This document shows positions 22,627-36,522 of a stretch of DNA of 64,000 bases, piece by piece. Location: contig OZ059899.1 of NCBI GenBank assembly GCA_964057225.1, forward strand, positions 10,664,001-10,728,000. The letters run 5' to 3'. The translations under genes were made by a program, and so were the position numbers. The DNA is from Auanema rhodensis. Its lineage: Eukaryota > Animalia > Nematoda. Each line of letters opens with the position of its first letter. Within the stretch, counting starts at the first letter, position 1. The notes beneath the pieces were generated by a model that was not told where the DNA came from, did not search any database, and saw only the letters and a list, made by a program, of their open reading frames with translations.

Positions 22627-23146
22627 GGCCGCGTGGCGCAATGGTTTGGACTATGAATCCAAAAGTTATTCCAGGGGAATGGTTGCAGTATTACTCGTTA
22701 GACGTGATACAGGAGTTAATACCGTTCAGGAGTATTAACGGAGGCTGATACTCGAAGAGAGTATTATCAGGGTTGAACTTCGCAGATTTGAGTCTAAAAG
22801 GTTTATTAAATAAAGATGGTACAGTGGTAGAAAAAGTTAGATTCGAAAGTGAAGGTTTCTTGGGTTTATATATGATTTAGCTTAAGGGTGATTTTTGATA
22901 TTTGAATAGAAAGGTCACGTTAATGTAAACTATAGAGGTGATAAAAGTTCAACATCCTTTGAGAATGTTGCGCAATAGGTTAATGATACAATTATTCGGT
23001 TAATAGACAATGGTTTAGTGTTTCAGAAGAGTTATGTTTATATTGTAAATCATTATATTTTGTTAATAGTCAGGCATTTGCCGACAAATGGATAACGCGT
23101 CTGCCTACGGAGCAGAAAATTGTAGGGTCAAATCCTGCCGTGGTCG
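22627..23146 (+). pseudogene. tRNA-Arg-ACG: tRNA-Arg(ACG) split by solo LTR (also 24286-24805, 27763-28282, 29423-29942, 30476-30995, 32135-32654, 33795-34314, 36063-36564)
   Basis: tRNA nt 1-18, then a 442-bp insert, then nt 14-73; AATGG duplicated. Confidence 0.9.
22645..23086 (-). mobile_element. Solo LTR (442 bp), copy 1 of 8
   Basis: 5-bp TSD AATGG. Minus strand starts TGTCGG and ends GTCCAAA; TATATAAA (22865-22872) lies upstream of AATAAA (22802-22807). Confidence 0.8.
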
Positions 23147-23679
23147 TCATTTTTTTTTCATTTCACTTGTCATTCATAAAAATCTTATTTATCTTTTCCA
23201 TGATTATTTTGCATTGTGTCATACGAATTACACAGTTGAACAAAACGTGTTTAGAGCAGTTTCTTTGTTGTCAACATATATATTTTTCTAAAATTCGAAA
23301 GCATTTCAGATTGAAATTAGAAAAAAAAGAACTAGTTTTTCCTATTTTAAAAGAAACAATGAGAAAAAAAATAAAAAAGAGTGTTAGATATCCAATAATA
23401 ACTTATACATTAACTTTAATAAAAAAACCTATTAGATTGAAAATTTTTGTCTTACAGTTCTCCAACAGAACAGACTGATCCTCATTTCTACGATCACATA
23501 GAACTCCCGTTTGATATAAAAAAGGGATAGAAATAACGTTTCCAGGATATCAATGATTTAGATCTACTGATATTGTAGAAAAATGTAATGTCAGCTTCAT
23601 AGTTTTTCTGTTAATTTCTCTCATCACAATCGTCTAAGTTTTTTCTATCATAAGAGTTTCTGAAATCTTACTTGAACAA

Positions 23680-23752
23680 GGCCGCGTGGCGCAATGGATA
23701 ACGCGTCTGCTTACGGAGCAGAAAATTGAAGGGTCGTATCTTGCCGTGGTCG
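23680..23752 (+). tRNA. tRNA-Arg-ACG: tRNA-Arg(ACG), degenerate T-arm
   Basis: Same variant as 22021. Confidence 0.72.
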
Positions 23753-24303
23753 TCATTTTTTTCATTTCACTTGTCATTCATAAAAATCGAATTTATTTTT
23801 TCCATGATTTTTTTTGCATTGTGTCATAAGAATTACACAGTTGAACAAAACGCGTTTTGAGCAGTTTTTTTGTTGTCAACATATATATTTTTCTGAAATT
23901 CGAAAGCATTTCAGATTGAAATTAGAAAAAAAAGAACTAGTTTTTCCTATTTTAAAAGAAACAATAAGAAAAAAAATAAAAAAGAGTGTTAGATATCCAA
24001 TTTTAACTTATACATTAACTTTAATAAAAAAACCTATTAGATTGAAAATTTCTGTCTTACAGTTCTCCAACAGAACAGACTGATCCTCATTTCTACGATC
24101 ACATAGAACTCCCGTTTGATATAGAAAAGGGAGAGAAATAATGTTTCCAGGATATCAATGATTTGAGATCTACTGATAATGTAGAAAAATGTAATGTCAG
24201 CTTCATAGTTTTTCTGTTAATTTCTCTCATCACAATCGTCTTAGTTTTTTCTCTCATAAGAGTTTCTGAAATCTTACTTAAACAAGGCCGCGTGGCGCAA
24301 TGG

Positions 24304-24745
24304 TTTGGACTATGAATCCAAAAGTTATTCCAGGGGAATGGTTGCAGTATTACTCGTTAGACGTGATACAGGAGTTAATACCGTTCAGGAGTATTAACGG
24401 AGGCTGATACTCGAAGAGAGTATTATCAGGGTTGAACTTCGCAGATTTGAGTCTAAAAGGTTTATTAAATAAAGATGGTACAGTGGTAGAAAAAGTTAGA
24501 TTCGAAAGTGAAGGTTTCTTGGGTTTATATATGATTTAGCTTAAGGGTGATTTTTGATATTTGAATAGAAAGGTCACGTTAATGTAAACTATAGAGGTGA
24601 TAAAAGTTCAACATCCTTTGAGAATGTTGCGCAATAGGTTAATGATACAATTATTCGGTTAATAGACAATGGTTTAGTGTTTCAGAAGAGTTATGTTTAT
24701 ATTGTAAATCATTATATTTTGTTAATAGTCAGGCATTTGCCGACA
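24304..24745 (-). mobile_element. Solo LTR copy 2
   Basis: Same 442-bp insert and AATGG TSD. Confidence 0.8.
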
Positions 24746-25339
24746 AATGGATAACGCGTCTGCTTACGGAGCAGAAAATTGTAGGGTCAAATCCTGCCGT
24801 GGTCCTCATTTTTTTTTCATTTCACTTGTCATTCATAAAAATCTTATTTATCTTTTCCATGATTATTTTGCATTGTGTCATACGAATTACACAGTTGAAC
24901 AAAACGTGTTTTGAGCAGTTTCTTTGTTGTCAACATATATATTTTTCTGAAATTCGAAAGCATTTCAGATTGAAATTAGAAAAAAAAGAACTAGTTTTTC
25001 CTATTTTAAAAGAAACAATAAGAAAAAAAATAAAAAAGAGTGTTAGATATCCAATTTTAACTTATACATTAACTTTAATAAAAAAACCTATTAGATTGAA
25101 AATTTCTGTCTTACAGTTCTCCAACAGAACAGACTGATCCTCATTTCTACGATCACATAGAACTCCCGTTTGATATAGAAAAGGGAGAGAAATAATGTTT
25201 CCAGGATATCAATGATTTGAGATCTACTGATATTGTAGAAAAATGTAATGTCAGCTTCATAGTTTTTCTGTTAATTTCTCTCATCACAATCGTCTTAGTT
25301 TTTTCTCTCATAAGAGTTTCTGAAATCTTACTTAAACAA

Positions 25340-25412
25340 GGCCGCGTGGCGCAATGGATAACGCGTCTGCTTACGGAGCAGAAAATTGAAGGGTCGTATC
25401 TTGCCGTGGTCG
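25340..25412 (+). tRNA. tRNA-Arg-ACG: tRNA-Arg(ACG), degenerate T-arm
   Basis: Same variant as 22021. Confidence 0.72.
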
Positions 25413-25944
25413 TCATTTTTTTCATTTCACTTGTCATTCATAAAAATCGAATTTATTTTTTCCATGATTTTTTTTGCATTGTGTCATAAGAATTACACAG
25501 TTGAACAAAACGTGTTTTGAGCAGTTTCTTTGTTGTCAACATATATATTTTTCTGAAATTCGAAAGCATTTCAGATTGAAATTAGAAAAAAAAGAACTAG
25601 TTTTTCCTATTTTAAAAGAAACAATGAGAAAAAAAATAAAAAAGAGTGTTAGATATCCAATAATAACTTATACATTAACTTTAATAAAAAAACCTATTAG
25701 ATTGAAAATTTTTGTCTTACAGTTCTCCAACAGAACAGACTGATCCTCATTTCTACGATCACATAGAACTCCCGTTTGATATAAAAAAGGGATAGAAATA
25801 ACGTTTCCAGGATATCAATGATTTAGATCTACTGATATTGTAGAAAAATGTAATGTCAGCTTCATAGTTTTTCTGTTAATTTCTCTCATCACAATCGTCT
25901 AAGTTTTTTCTATCATAAGAGTTTCTGAAATCTTACTTGAACAA

Positions 25945-26017
25945 GGCCGCGTGGCGCAATGGATAACGCGTCTGCTTACGGAGCAGAAAATTGAAGGGTC
26001 GTATCTTGCCGTGGTCG
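25945..26017 (+). tRNA. tRNA-Arg-ACG: tRNA-Arg(ACG), degenerate T-arm
   Basis: Same variant as 22021. Confidence 0.72.
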
Positions 26018-26550
26018 TCATTTTTTTCATTTCACTTGTCATTCATAAAAATCGAATTTATTTTTTCCATGATTTTTTTTGCATTGTGTCATAAGAATTA
26101 CACAGTTGAACAAAACGTGTTTTGAGCAGTTTCTTTGTTGTCAACATATATATTTTTCTGAAATTCGAAAGCATTTCAGATTGAAATTAGAAAAAAAAGA
26201 ACTAGTTTTTCCTATTTTAAAAGAAACAATGAGAAAAAAAATAAAAAAGAGTGTTAGATATCCAATTTCAACTTATACATTAACTTTCATAAAATAACCT
26301 ATTAGATTGAAATTTGCTGTCTCACAGTTCTCCAACAGAACAGACTGATCCTCATTTCTACGATCACATAGAACTCCCGTTTGATATAAAAAAGGGATAG
26401 AAATAACGTTTCCAGGATATCAATGATTTGAGATCTACTGATATTGTAGAAAAATGTAATGTCAGCTTCATAGTTTTTCTGTTAATTTCTCTCATAACAA
26501 TCGTCTAAGTTTTTTCTATCATAAGAGTTTCTGGAATCTTACTTGAACAA

Positions 26551-26623
26551 GGCCGCGTGGCGCAATGGATATTGCGTCTGCTTACGGAGCAGAAAATTGA
26601 AGGGTCGTATCTTGCCGTGGTCG
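26551..26623 (+). tRNA. tRNA-Arg-ACG: tRNA-Arg(ACG), degenerate D- and T-arms
   Basis: GGATATTGCG D-arm; GGGTCGTATCTTG T-arm. Confidence 0.65.
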
Positions 26624-27156
26624 TCATTTTTTTCATTTCACTTGTCATTCATAAAAATCGAATTTATTTTTTCCATGATTTTTTTTGCATTGTGTCATAA
26701 GAATTACACAGTTGAACAAAACGTGTTTTGAGCAGTTTCTTTGTTGTCAACATATATATTTTTCTGAAATTCGAAAGCATTTCAGATTGAAATTAGAAAA
26801 AAAAGAACTAGTTTTTCCTATTTTAAAAGAAACAATAAGAAAAAAAATAAAAAAGAGTGTTAGATATCCAATTTTAACTTATACATTAACTTTAATAAAA
26901 AAACCTATTAGATTGAAAATTTCTGTCTTACAGTTCTCCAACAGAACAGACTGATCCTCATTTCTACGATCACATAGAACTCCCGTTTGATATAGAAAAG
27001 GAAGAGAAATAATGTTTCCAGGATATCAATGATTTGAGATCTACTGATAATGTAGAAAAATGTAATGTCAGCTTCATAGTTTTTCTGTTAATTTCTCTCA
27101 TCACAATCGTCTAAGTTTTTTCTATCATAAGAGTTTCTGAAATCTTACTTGAACAA

Positions 27157-27229
27157 GGCCGCGTGGCGCAATGGATAACGCGTCTGCTTACGGAGCAGAA
27201 AATTGAAGGGTCGTATCTTGCCGTGGTCG
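27157..27229 (+). tRNA. tRNA-Arg-ACG: tRNA-Arg(ACG), degenerate T-arm
   Basis: Same variant as 22021. Confidence 0.72.
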
Positions 27230-27780
27230 TCATTTTTTTCATTTCACTTGTCATTCATAAAAATCGAATTTATTTTTTCCATGATTTTTTTTGCATTGTG
27301 TCATAAGAATTACACAGTTGAACAAAACGCGTTTTGAGCAGTTTTTTTGTTGTCAACATATATATTTTTCTGAAATTCGAAAGCATTTCAGATTGAAATT
27401 AGAAAAAAAAGAACTAGTTTTTCCTATTTTAAAAGAAACAATAAGAAAAAAAATAAAAAAGAGTGTTAGATATCCAATTTTAACTTATACATTAACTTTA
27501 ATAAAAAAACCTATTAGATTGAAAATTTCTGTCTTACAGTTCTCCAACAGAACAGACTGATCCTCATTTCTACGATCACATAGAACTCCCGTTTGATATA
27601 GAAAAGGGAGAGAAATAATGTTTCCAGGATATCAATGATTTGAGATCTACTGATAATGTAGAAAAATGTAATGTCAGCTTCATAGTTTTTCTGTTAATTT
27701 CTCTCATCACAATCGTCTTAGTTTTTTCTCTCATAAGAGTTTCTGAAATCTTACTTAAACAAGGCCGCGTGGCGCAATGG

Positions 27781-28222
27781 TTTGGACTATGAATCCAAAA
27801 GTTATTCCAGGGGAATGGTTGCAGTATTACTCGTTAGACGTGATACAGGAGTTAATACCGTTCAGGAGTATTAACGGAGGCTGATACTCGAAGAGAGTAT
27901 TATCAGGGTTGAACTTCGCAGATTTGAGTCTAAAAGGTTTATTAAATAAAGATGGTACAGTGGTAGAAAAAGTTAGATTCGAAAGTGAAGGTTTCTTGGG
28001 TTTATATATGATTTAGCTTAAGGGTGATATTTGATATTTGAATAGAAAGGTCACGTTAATGTAAACTATAGAGGTGATAAAAGTTCAACATCCTTTGAGA
28101 ATGTTGCGCAATAGGTTAATGATACAATTATTCGGTTAATAGACAATGGTTTAGTGTTTCAGAAGAGTTATGTTTATATTGTAAATCATTATATTTTGTT
28201 AATAGTCAGGCATTTGCCGACA
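27781..28222 (-). mobile_element. Solo LTR copy 3
   Basis: Same insert (GGTGATATTTG variant) and TSD. Confidence 0.8.
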
Positions 28223-28816
28223 AATGGATAACGCGTCTGCTTACGGAGCAGAAAATTGTAGGGTCAAATCCTGCCGTGGTCGTCATTTTTTTTTCATTTC
28301 ACTTGTCATTCATAAAAATCTTATTTATCTTTTCCATGATTATTTTGCATTGTGTCATACGAATTACACAGTTGAACAAAACGTGTTTTGAGCAGTTTCT
28401 TTGTTGTCAACATATATATTTTTCTAAAATTCGAAAGCATTTCAGATTGAAATTAGAAAAAAAAGAACTAGTTTTTCCTATTTTAAAAGAAACAATGAGA
28501 AAAAAAATAAAAAAGAGTGTTAGATATCCAATAATAACTTATACATTAACTTTAATAAAAAAACCTATTAGATTGAAAATTTTTGTCTTACAGTTCTCCA
28601 ACAGAACAGACTGATCCTCATTTCTACGATCACATAGAACTCCCGTTTGATATAAAAAAGGGATAGAAATAACGTTTCCAGGATATCAATGATTTGAGAT
28701 CTACTGATATTGTAGAAAAATGTAATGTCAGCTTCATAGTTTTTCTGTTAATTTCTCTCATCACAATCGTCTTAGTTTTTTCTCTCATAAGAGTTTCTGA
28801 AATCTTACTTAAACAA

Positions 28817-28889
28817 GGCCGCGTGGCGCAATAGATAACGCGTCTGCTTACGGAGCAGAAAATTGAAGGGTCGTATCTTGCCGTGGTCG
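28817..28889 (+). tRNA. tRNA-Arg-ACG: tRNA-Arg(ACG), degenerate
   Basis: D-loop AATAGAT plus degenerate T-arm. Confidence 0.65.
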
Positions 28890-29440
28890 TCATTTTTTTC
28901 ATTTCACTTGTCATTCATAAAAATCGAATTTATTTTTTCCATGATTTTTTTTGCATTGTGTCATAAGAATTACACAGTTGAACAAAACGTGTTTTGAGCA
29001 GTTTCTTTGTTGTCAACATATATATTTTTCTGAAATTCGAAAGCATTTCAGATTGAAATTAGAAAAAAAAGAACTAGTTTTTCCTATTTTAAAAGAAACA
29101 ATAAGAAAAAAAATAAAAAAGAGTGTTAGATATCCAATTTTAACTTATACATTAACTTTAATAAAAAAACCTATTAGATTGAAAATTTCTGTCTTACAGT
29201 TCTTCAACAGAACAGACTGATCCTCATTTCTACGATCACATAGAACTCCCGTTTGATATAGAAAAGGAAGAGAAATAATGTTTCCAGGATATCAATGATT
29301 TGAGATCTACTGATAATGTAGAAAAATGTAATGTCAGCTTCATAGTTTTTCTGTTAATTTCTCTCATCACAATCGTCTTAGTTTTTTCTCTCATAAGAGT
29401 TTCTGAAATCTTACTTAAACAAGGCCGCGTGGCGCAATGG

Positions 29441-29882
29441 TTTGGACTATGAATCCAAAAGTTATTCCAGGGGAATGGTTGCAGTATTACTCGTTAGACG
29501 TGATACAGGAGTTAATACCGTTCAGGAGTATTAACGGAGGCTGATACTCGAAGAGAGTATTATCAGGGTTGAACTTCGCAGATTTGAGTCTAAAAGGTTT
29601 ATTAAATAAAGATGGTACAGTGGTAGAAAAAGTTAGATTCGAAAGTGAAGGTTTCTTGGGTTTATATATGATTTAGCTTAAGGGTGATTTTTGATATTTG
29701 AATAGAAAGGTCACGTTAATGTAAACTATAGAGGTGATAAAAGTTCAACATCCTTTGAGAATGTTGCGCAATAGGTTAATGATACAATTATTCGGTTAAT
29801 AGACAATGGTTTAGTGTTTCAGAAGAGTTATGTTTATATTGTAAATCATTATATTTTGTTAATAGTCAGGCATTTGCCGACA
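29441..29882 (-). mobile_element. Solo LTR copy 4
   Basis: Same insert and TSD. Confidence 0.8.
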
Positions 29883-30493
29883 AATGGATAACGCGTCTGC
29901 CTACGGAGCAGAAAATTGTAGGGTCAAATCCTGCCGTGGTCGTCATTTTTTTTTCATTTCACTTGTCATTCATAAAAATCTTATTTATCTTTTCCATGAT
30001 TATTTTGCATTGTGTCATACGAATTACACAGTTGAACAAAACGTGTTTAGAGCAGTTTCTTTGTTGTCAACATATATATTTTTCTAAAATTCGAAAGCAT
30101 TTCAGATTGAAATTAGAAAAAAAAGAACTAGTTTTTCCTATTTCAAAAGAAACAATGAGAAAAAAAATAAAAAAGAGTGTTAGATATCCAATAATAACTT
30201 ATACATTAACTTTCATAAAATAACCTATTAGATTGAAATTTGCTGTCTTACAGTTCTCCAACAGAACAGACTGATCCTCATTTCTACGATCACATAGAAC
30301 TCCCGTTTGATATAAAAAAGGGATAGAAATAACGTTTCCAGGATATCAATGATTTAGATCTACTGATATTGTAGAAAAATGTAATGTCAGCTTCATAGTT
30401 TTTCTGTTAATTTCTCTCATCACAATCGTCTTAGTTTTTTCTCTCATAAGAGTTTCTGAAATCTTACTTAAACAAGGCCGCGTGGCGCAATGG

Positions 30494-30935
30494 TTTGGAC
30501 TATGAATCCAAAAGTTATTCCAGGGGAATGGTTGCAGTATTACTCGTTAGACGTGATACAGGAGTTAATACCGTTCAGGAGTATTAACGGAGGCTGATAC
30601 TCGAAGAGAGTATTATCAGGGTTGAACTTCGCAGATTTGAGTCTAAAAGGTTTATTAAATAAAGATGGTACAGTGGTAGAAAAAGTTAGATTCGAAAGTG
30701 AAGGTTTCTTGGGTTTATATATGATTTAGCTTAAGGGTGATTTTTGATATTTGAATAGAAAGGTCACGTTAATGTAAACTATAGAGGTGATAAAAGTTCA
30801 ACATCCTTTGAGAATGTTGCGCAATAGGTTAATGATACAATTATTCGGTTAATAGACAATGGTTTAGTGTTTCAGAAGAGTTATGTTTATATTGTAAATC
30901 ATTATATTTTGTTAATAGTCAGGCATTTGCCGACA
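30494..30935 (-). mobile_element. Solo LTR copy 5
   Basis: Same insert and TSD. Confidence 0.8.
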
Positions 30936-31528
30936 AATGGATAACGCGTCTGCCTACGGAGCAGAAAATTGTAGGGTCAAATCCTGCCGTGGTCGTCATT
31001 TTTTTTTCATTTCACTTGTCATTCATAAAAATCTTATTTATCTTTTCCATGATTATTTTGCATTGTGTCATACGAATTACACAGTTGAACAAAACGTGTT
31101 TAGAGCAGTTTCTTTGTTGTCAACATATATATTTTTCTAAAATTCGAAAGCATTTCAGATTGAAATTAGAAAAAAAAGAACTAGTTTTTCCTATTTTAAA
31201 AGAAACAATGAGAAAAAAAATAAAAAAGAGTGTTAGATATCCAATAATAACTTATACATTAACTTTCATAAAATAACCTATTAGATTGAAATTTGCTGTC
31301 TTACAGTTCTCCAACAGAACAGACTGATCCTCATTTCTACGATCACATAGAACTCCCGTTTGATATAAAAAAGGGATAGAAATAACGTTTCCAGGATATC
31401 AATGATTTAGATCTACTGATATTGTAGAAAAATGTAATGTCAGCTTCATAGTTTTTCTGTTAATTTCTCTCATCACAATCGTCTAAGTTTTTTCTATCAT
31501 AAGAGTTTCTGAAATCTTACTTGAACAA

Positions 31529-31601
31529 GGCCGCGTGGCGCAATGGATAACGCGTCTGCTTACGGAGCAGAAAATTGAAGGGTCGTATCTTGCCGTGGTC
31601 G
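31529..31601 (+). tRNA. tRNA-Arg-ACG: tRNA-Arg(ACG), degenerate T-arm
   Basis: Same variant as 22021. Confidence 0.72.
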
Positions 31602-32152
31602 TCATTTTTTTCATTTCACTTGTCATTCATAAAAATCGAATTTATTTTTTCCATGATTTTTTTTGCATTGTGTCATAAGAATTACACAGTTGAACAAAAC
31701 GCGTTTTGAGCAGTTTTTTTGTTGTCAACATATATATTTTTCTGAAATTCGAAAGCATTTCAGATTGAAATTAGAAAAAAAAGAACTAGTTTTTCCTATT
31801 TTAAAAGAAACAATAAGAAAAAAAATAAAAAAGAGTGTTAGATATCCAATTTTAACTTATACATTAACTTTAATAAAAAAACCTATTAGATTGAAAATTT
31901 CTGTCTTACAGTTCTCCAACAGAACAGACTGATCCTCATTTCTACGATCACATAGAACTCCCGTTTGATATAGAAAAGGGAGAGAAATAATGTTTCCAGG
32001 ATATCAATGATTTGAGATCTACTGATAATGTAGAAAAATGTAATGTCAGCTTCATAGTTTTTCTGTTAATTTCTCTCATCACAATCGTCTTAGTTTTTTC
32101 TCTCATAAGAGTTTCTGAAATCTTACTTAAACAAGGCCGCGTGGCGCAATGG

Positions 32153-32594
32153 TTTGGACTATGAATCCAAAAGTTATTCCAGGGGAATGGTTGCAGTATT
32201 ACTCGTTAGACGTGATACAGGAGTTAATACCGTTCAGGAGTATTAACGGAGGCTGATACTCGAAGAGAGTATTATCAGGGTTGAACTTCGCAGATTTGAG
32301 TCTAAAAGGTTTATTAAATAAAGATGGTACAGTGGTAGAAAAAGTTAGATTCGAAAGTGAAGGTTTCTTGGGTTTATATATGATTTAGCTTAAGGGTGAT
32401 ATTTGATATTTGAATAGAAAGGTCACGTTAATGTAAACTATAGAGGTGATAAAAGTTCAACATCCTTTGAGAATGTTGCGCAATAGGTTAATGATACAAT
32501 TATTCGGTTAATAGACAATGGTTTAGTGTTTCAGAAGAGTTATGTTTATATTGTAAATCATTATATTTTGTTAATAGTCAGGCATTTGCCGACA
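32153..32594 (-). mobile_element. Solo LTR copy 6
   Basis: Same insert (GGTGATATTTG variant) and TSD. Confidence 0.8.
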
Positions 32595-33188
32595 AATGGA
32601 TAACGCGTCTGCTTACGGAGCAGAAAATTGTAGGGTCAAATCCTGCCGTGGTCGTCATTTTTTTTTCATTTCACTTGTCATTCATAAAAATCTTATTTAT
32701 CTTTTCCATGATTATTTTGCATTGTGTCATACGAATTACACAGTTGAACAAAACGTGTTTTGAGCAGTTTCTTTGTTGTCAACATATATATTTTTCTAAA
32801 ATTCGAAAGCATTTCAGATTGAAATTAGAAAAAAAAGAACTAGTTTTTCCTATTTTAAAAGAAACAATGAGAAAAAAAATAAAAAAGAGTGTTAGATATC
32901 CAATAATAACTTATACATTAACTTTAATAAAAAAACCTATTAGATTGAAAATTTTTGTCTTACAGTTCTCCAACAGAACAGACTGATCCTCATTTCTACG
33001 ATCACATAGAACTCCCGTTTGATATAAAAAAGGGATAGAAATAACGTTTCCAGGATATCAATGATTTGAGATCTACTGATATTGTAGAAAAATGTAATGT
33101 CAGCTTCATAGTTTTTCTGTTAATTTCTCTCATCACAATCGTCTTAGTTTTTTCTCTCATAAGAGTTTCTGAAATCTTACTTAAACAA

Positions 33189-33261
33189 GGCCGCGTGGCG
33201 CAATGGATAACGCGTCTGCTTACGGAGCAGAAAATTGAAGGGTCGTATCTTGCCGTGGTCG
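33189..33261 (+). tRNA. tRNA-Arg-ACG: tRNA-Arg(ACG), degenerate T-arm
   Basis: Same variant as 22021. Confidence 0.72.
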
Positions 33262-33812
33262 TCATTTTTTTCATTTCACTTGTCATTCATAAAAATCGAA
33301 TTTATTTTTTCCATGATTTTTTTTGCATTGTGTCATAAGAATTACACAGTTGAACAAAACGTGTTTTGAGCAGTTTCTTTGTTGTCAACATATATATTTT
33401 TCTGAAATTCGAAAGCATTTCAGATTGAAATTAGAAAAAAAAGAACTAGTTTTTCCTATTTTAAAAGAAACAATAAGAAAAAAAATAAAAAAGAGTGTTA
33501 GATATCCAATTTTAACTTATACATTAACTTTAATAAAAAAACCTATTAGATTGAAAATTTCTGTCTTACAGTTCTCCAACAGAACAGACTGATCCTCATT
33601 TCTAGGATCACATAGAACTCCCGTTTGATATAAAAAAGGGATAGAAATAATGTTTCCAGGATATCAATGATTTGAGATCTACTGATAATGTAGAAAAATG
33701 TAATGTCAGCTTCATAGTTTTTCTGTTAATTTCTCTCATCACAATCGTCTTAGTTTTTTCTCTCATAAGAGTTTCTGAAATCTTACTTAAACAAGGCCGC
33801 GTGGCGCAATGG

Positions 33813-34254
33813 TTTGGACTATGAATCCAAAAGTTATTCCAGGGGAATGGTTGCAGTATTACTCGTTAGACGTGATACAGGAGTTAATACCGTTCAGGAG
33901 TATTAACGGAGGCTGATACTCGAAGAGAGTATTATTAGGGTTGAACTTCGCAGATTTGAGTCTAAAAGGTTTATTAAATAAAGATGGTACAGTGGTAGAA
34001 AAAGTTAGATTCGAAAGTGAAGGTTTCTTGGGTTTATATATGATTTAGCTTAAGGGTGATTTTTGATATTTGAATAGAAAGGTCACGTTAATGTAAACTA
34101 TAGAGGTGATAAAAGTTCAACATCCTTTGAGAATGTTGCGCAATAGGTTAATGATACAATTATTCGGTTAATAGACAATGGTTTAGTGTTTCAGAAGAGT
34201 TATGTTTATATTGTAAATCATTATATTTTGTTAATAGTCAGGCATTTGCCGACA
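33813..34254 (-). mobile_element. Solo LTR copy 7
   Basis: Same insert and TSD. Confidence 0.8.
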
Positions 34255-34849
34255 AATGGATAACGCGTCTGCCTACGGAGCAGAAAATTGTAGGGTCAAA
34301 TCCTGCCGTGGTCGTCATTTTTTTTTCATTTCACTTGTCATTCATAAAAATCTTATTTATCTTTTCCATGATTATTTTGCATTGTGTCATACGAATTACA
34401 CAGTTGAACAAAACGTGTTTAGAGCAGTTTCTTTGTTGTCAACATATATATTTTTCTAAAATTCGAAAGCATTTCAGATTGAAATTAGAAAAAAAAGAAC
34501 TAGTTTTTCCTATTTTAAAAGAAACAATGAGAAAAAAAAAATAAAAAAGAGTGTTAGATATCCAATAATAACTTATACATTAACTTTAATAAAAAAACCT
34601 ATTAGATTGAAAATTTTTGTCTTACAGTTCTCCAACAGAACAGACTGATCCTCATTTCTACGATCACATAGAACTCCCGTTTGATATAAAAAAGGGATAG
34701 AAATAACGTTTCCAGGATATCAATGATTTAGATCTACTGATATTGTAGAAAAATGTAATGTCAGCTTCATAGTTTTTCTGTTAATTTCTCTCATCACAAT
34801 CGTCTAAGTTTTTTCTATCATAAGAGTTTCTGAAATCTTACTTGAACAA

Positions 34850-34922
34850 GGCCGCGTGGCGCAATGGATAACGCGTCTGCTTACGGAGCAGAAAATTGTA
34901 GGGTCAAATTCTGCCGTGGTCG
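34850..34922 (+). tRNA. tRNA-Arg-ACG: tRNA-Arg(ACG), degenerate T-arm
   Basis: T-arm GTAGGGTCAAATTCTGC. Confidence 0.72.
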
Positions 34923-35456
34923 TCATTTTTTTTTCATTTCACTTGTCATTCATAAAAATCGAATTTATTTTTTCCATGATTTTTTTGCATTGTGTCATAC
35001 GAATTACACAGTTGAACAAAACGTGTTTAGAGCAGTTTCTTTGTTGTCAACATATATATTTTTCTAAAATTCGAAAGCATTTCAGATTGAAATTAGAAAA
35101 AAAAGAACTAGTTTTTCCTATTTTAAAAGAAACAATGAGAAAAAAAATAAAAAAGAGTGTTAGATATCCAATTTCAACTTATACATTAACTTTCATAAAA
35201 TAACCTATTAGATTGAAATTTGCTGTCTCACAGTTCTCCAACAGAACAGACTGATTCTCATTTCTACGATCACATAGAACTCCCGTTTGATATAAAAAAG
35301 GGATAGAAATAACGTTTCCAGGATATCAATGATTTGAGATCTACTGATATTGTAGAAAAATGTAATGTCAGCTTCATAGTTTTTCTGTTAATTTCTCTCA
35401 TAACAATCGTCTAAGTTTTTTCTATCATAAGAGTTTCTGGAATCTTACTTGAACAA

Positions 35457-35529
35457 GGCCGCGTGGCGCAATGGATATTGCGTCTGCTTACGGAGCAGAA
35501 AATTGAAGGGTCGTATCTTGCCGTGGTCG
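35457..35529 (+). tRNA. tRNA-Arg-ACG: tRNA-Arg(ACG), degenerate D- and T-arms
   Basis: Same variant as 26551. Confidence 0.65.
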
Positions 35530-36080
35530 TCATTTTTTTCATTTCACTTGTCATTCATAAAAATCGAATTTATTTTTTCCATGATTTTTTTTGCATTGTG
35601 TCATAAGAATTACACAGTTGAACAAAACGTGTTTTGAGCAGTTTCTTTGTTGTCAACATATATATTTTTCTGAAATTCGAAAGCATTTCAGATTGAAATT
35701 AGAAAAAAAAGAACTAGTTTTTCCTATTTTAAAAGAAACAATAAGAAAAAAAATAAAAAAGAGTGTTAGATATCCAATTTTAACTTATACATTAACTTTA
35801 ATAAAAAAACCTATTAGATTGAAAATTTCTGTCTTACAGTTCTCCAACAGAACAGACTGATCCTCATTTCTACGATCACATAGAACTCCCGTTTGATATA
35901 GAAAAGGAAGAGAAATAATGTTTCCAGGATATCAATGATTTGAGATCTACTGATAATGTAGAAAAATGTAATGTCAGCTTCATAGTTTTTCTGTTAATTT
36001 CTCTCATCACAATCGTCTTAGTTTTTTCTCTCATAAGAGTTTCTGAAATCTTACTTAAACAAGGCCGCGTGGCGCAATGG

Positions 36081-36522
36081 TTTGGACTATGAATCCAAAA
36101 GTTATTCCAGGGGAATGGTTGCAGTATTACTCGTTAGACGTGATACAGGAGTTAATACCGTTCAGGAGTATTAACGGAGGCTGATACTCGAAGAGAGTAT
36201 TATCAGGGTTGAACTTCGCAGATTTGAGTCTAAAAGGTTTATTAAATAAAGATGGTACAGTGGTAGAAAAAGTTAGATTCGAAAGTGAAGGTTTCTTGGG
36301 TTTATATATGATTTAGCTTAAGGGTGATATTTGATATTTGAATAGAAAGGTCACGTTAATGTAAACTATAGAGGTGATAAAAGTTCAACATCCTTTGAGA
36401 ATGTTGCGCAATAGGTTAATGATACAATTATTCGGTTAATAGAGAATGGTTTAGTGTTTCAGAAGAGTTATGTTTATATTGTAAATCATTATATTTTGTT
36501 AATAGTCAGGCATTTGCCGACA
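36081..36522 (-). mobile_element. Solo LTR copy 8
   Basis: Same insert (GGTGATATTTG variant) and TSD. Confidence 0.8.

Noticed and set aside
22645-23086. 442-bp insert as a tRNA intron
   Set aside because: It lies in the D-loop rather than at 37/38, is flanked by a 5-bp duplication and has LTR-like TATA and poly(A) signals.
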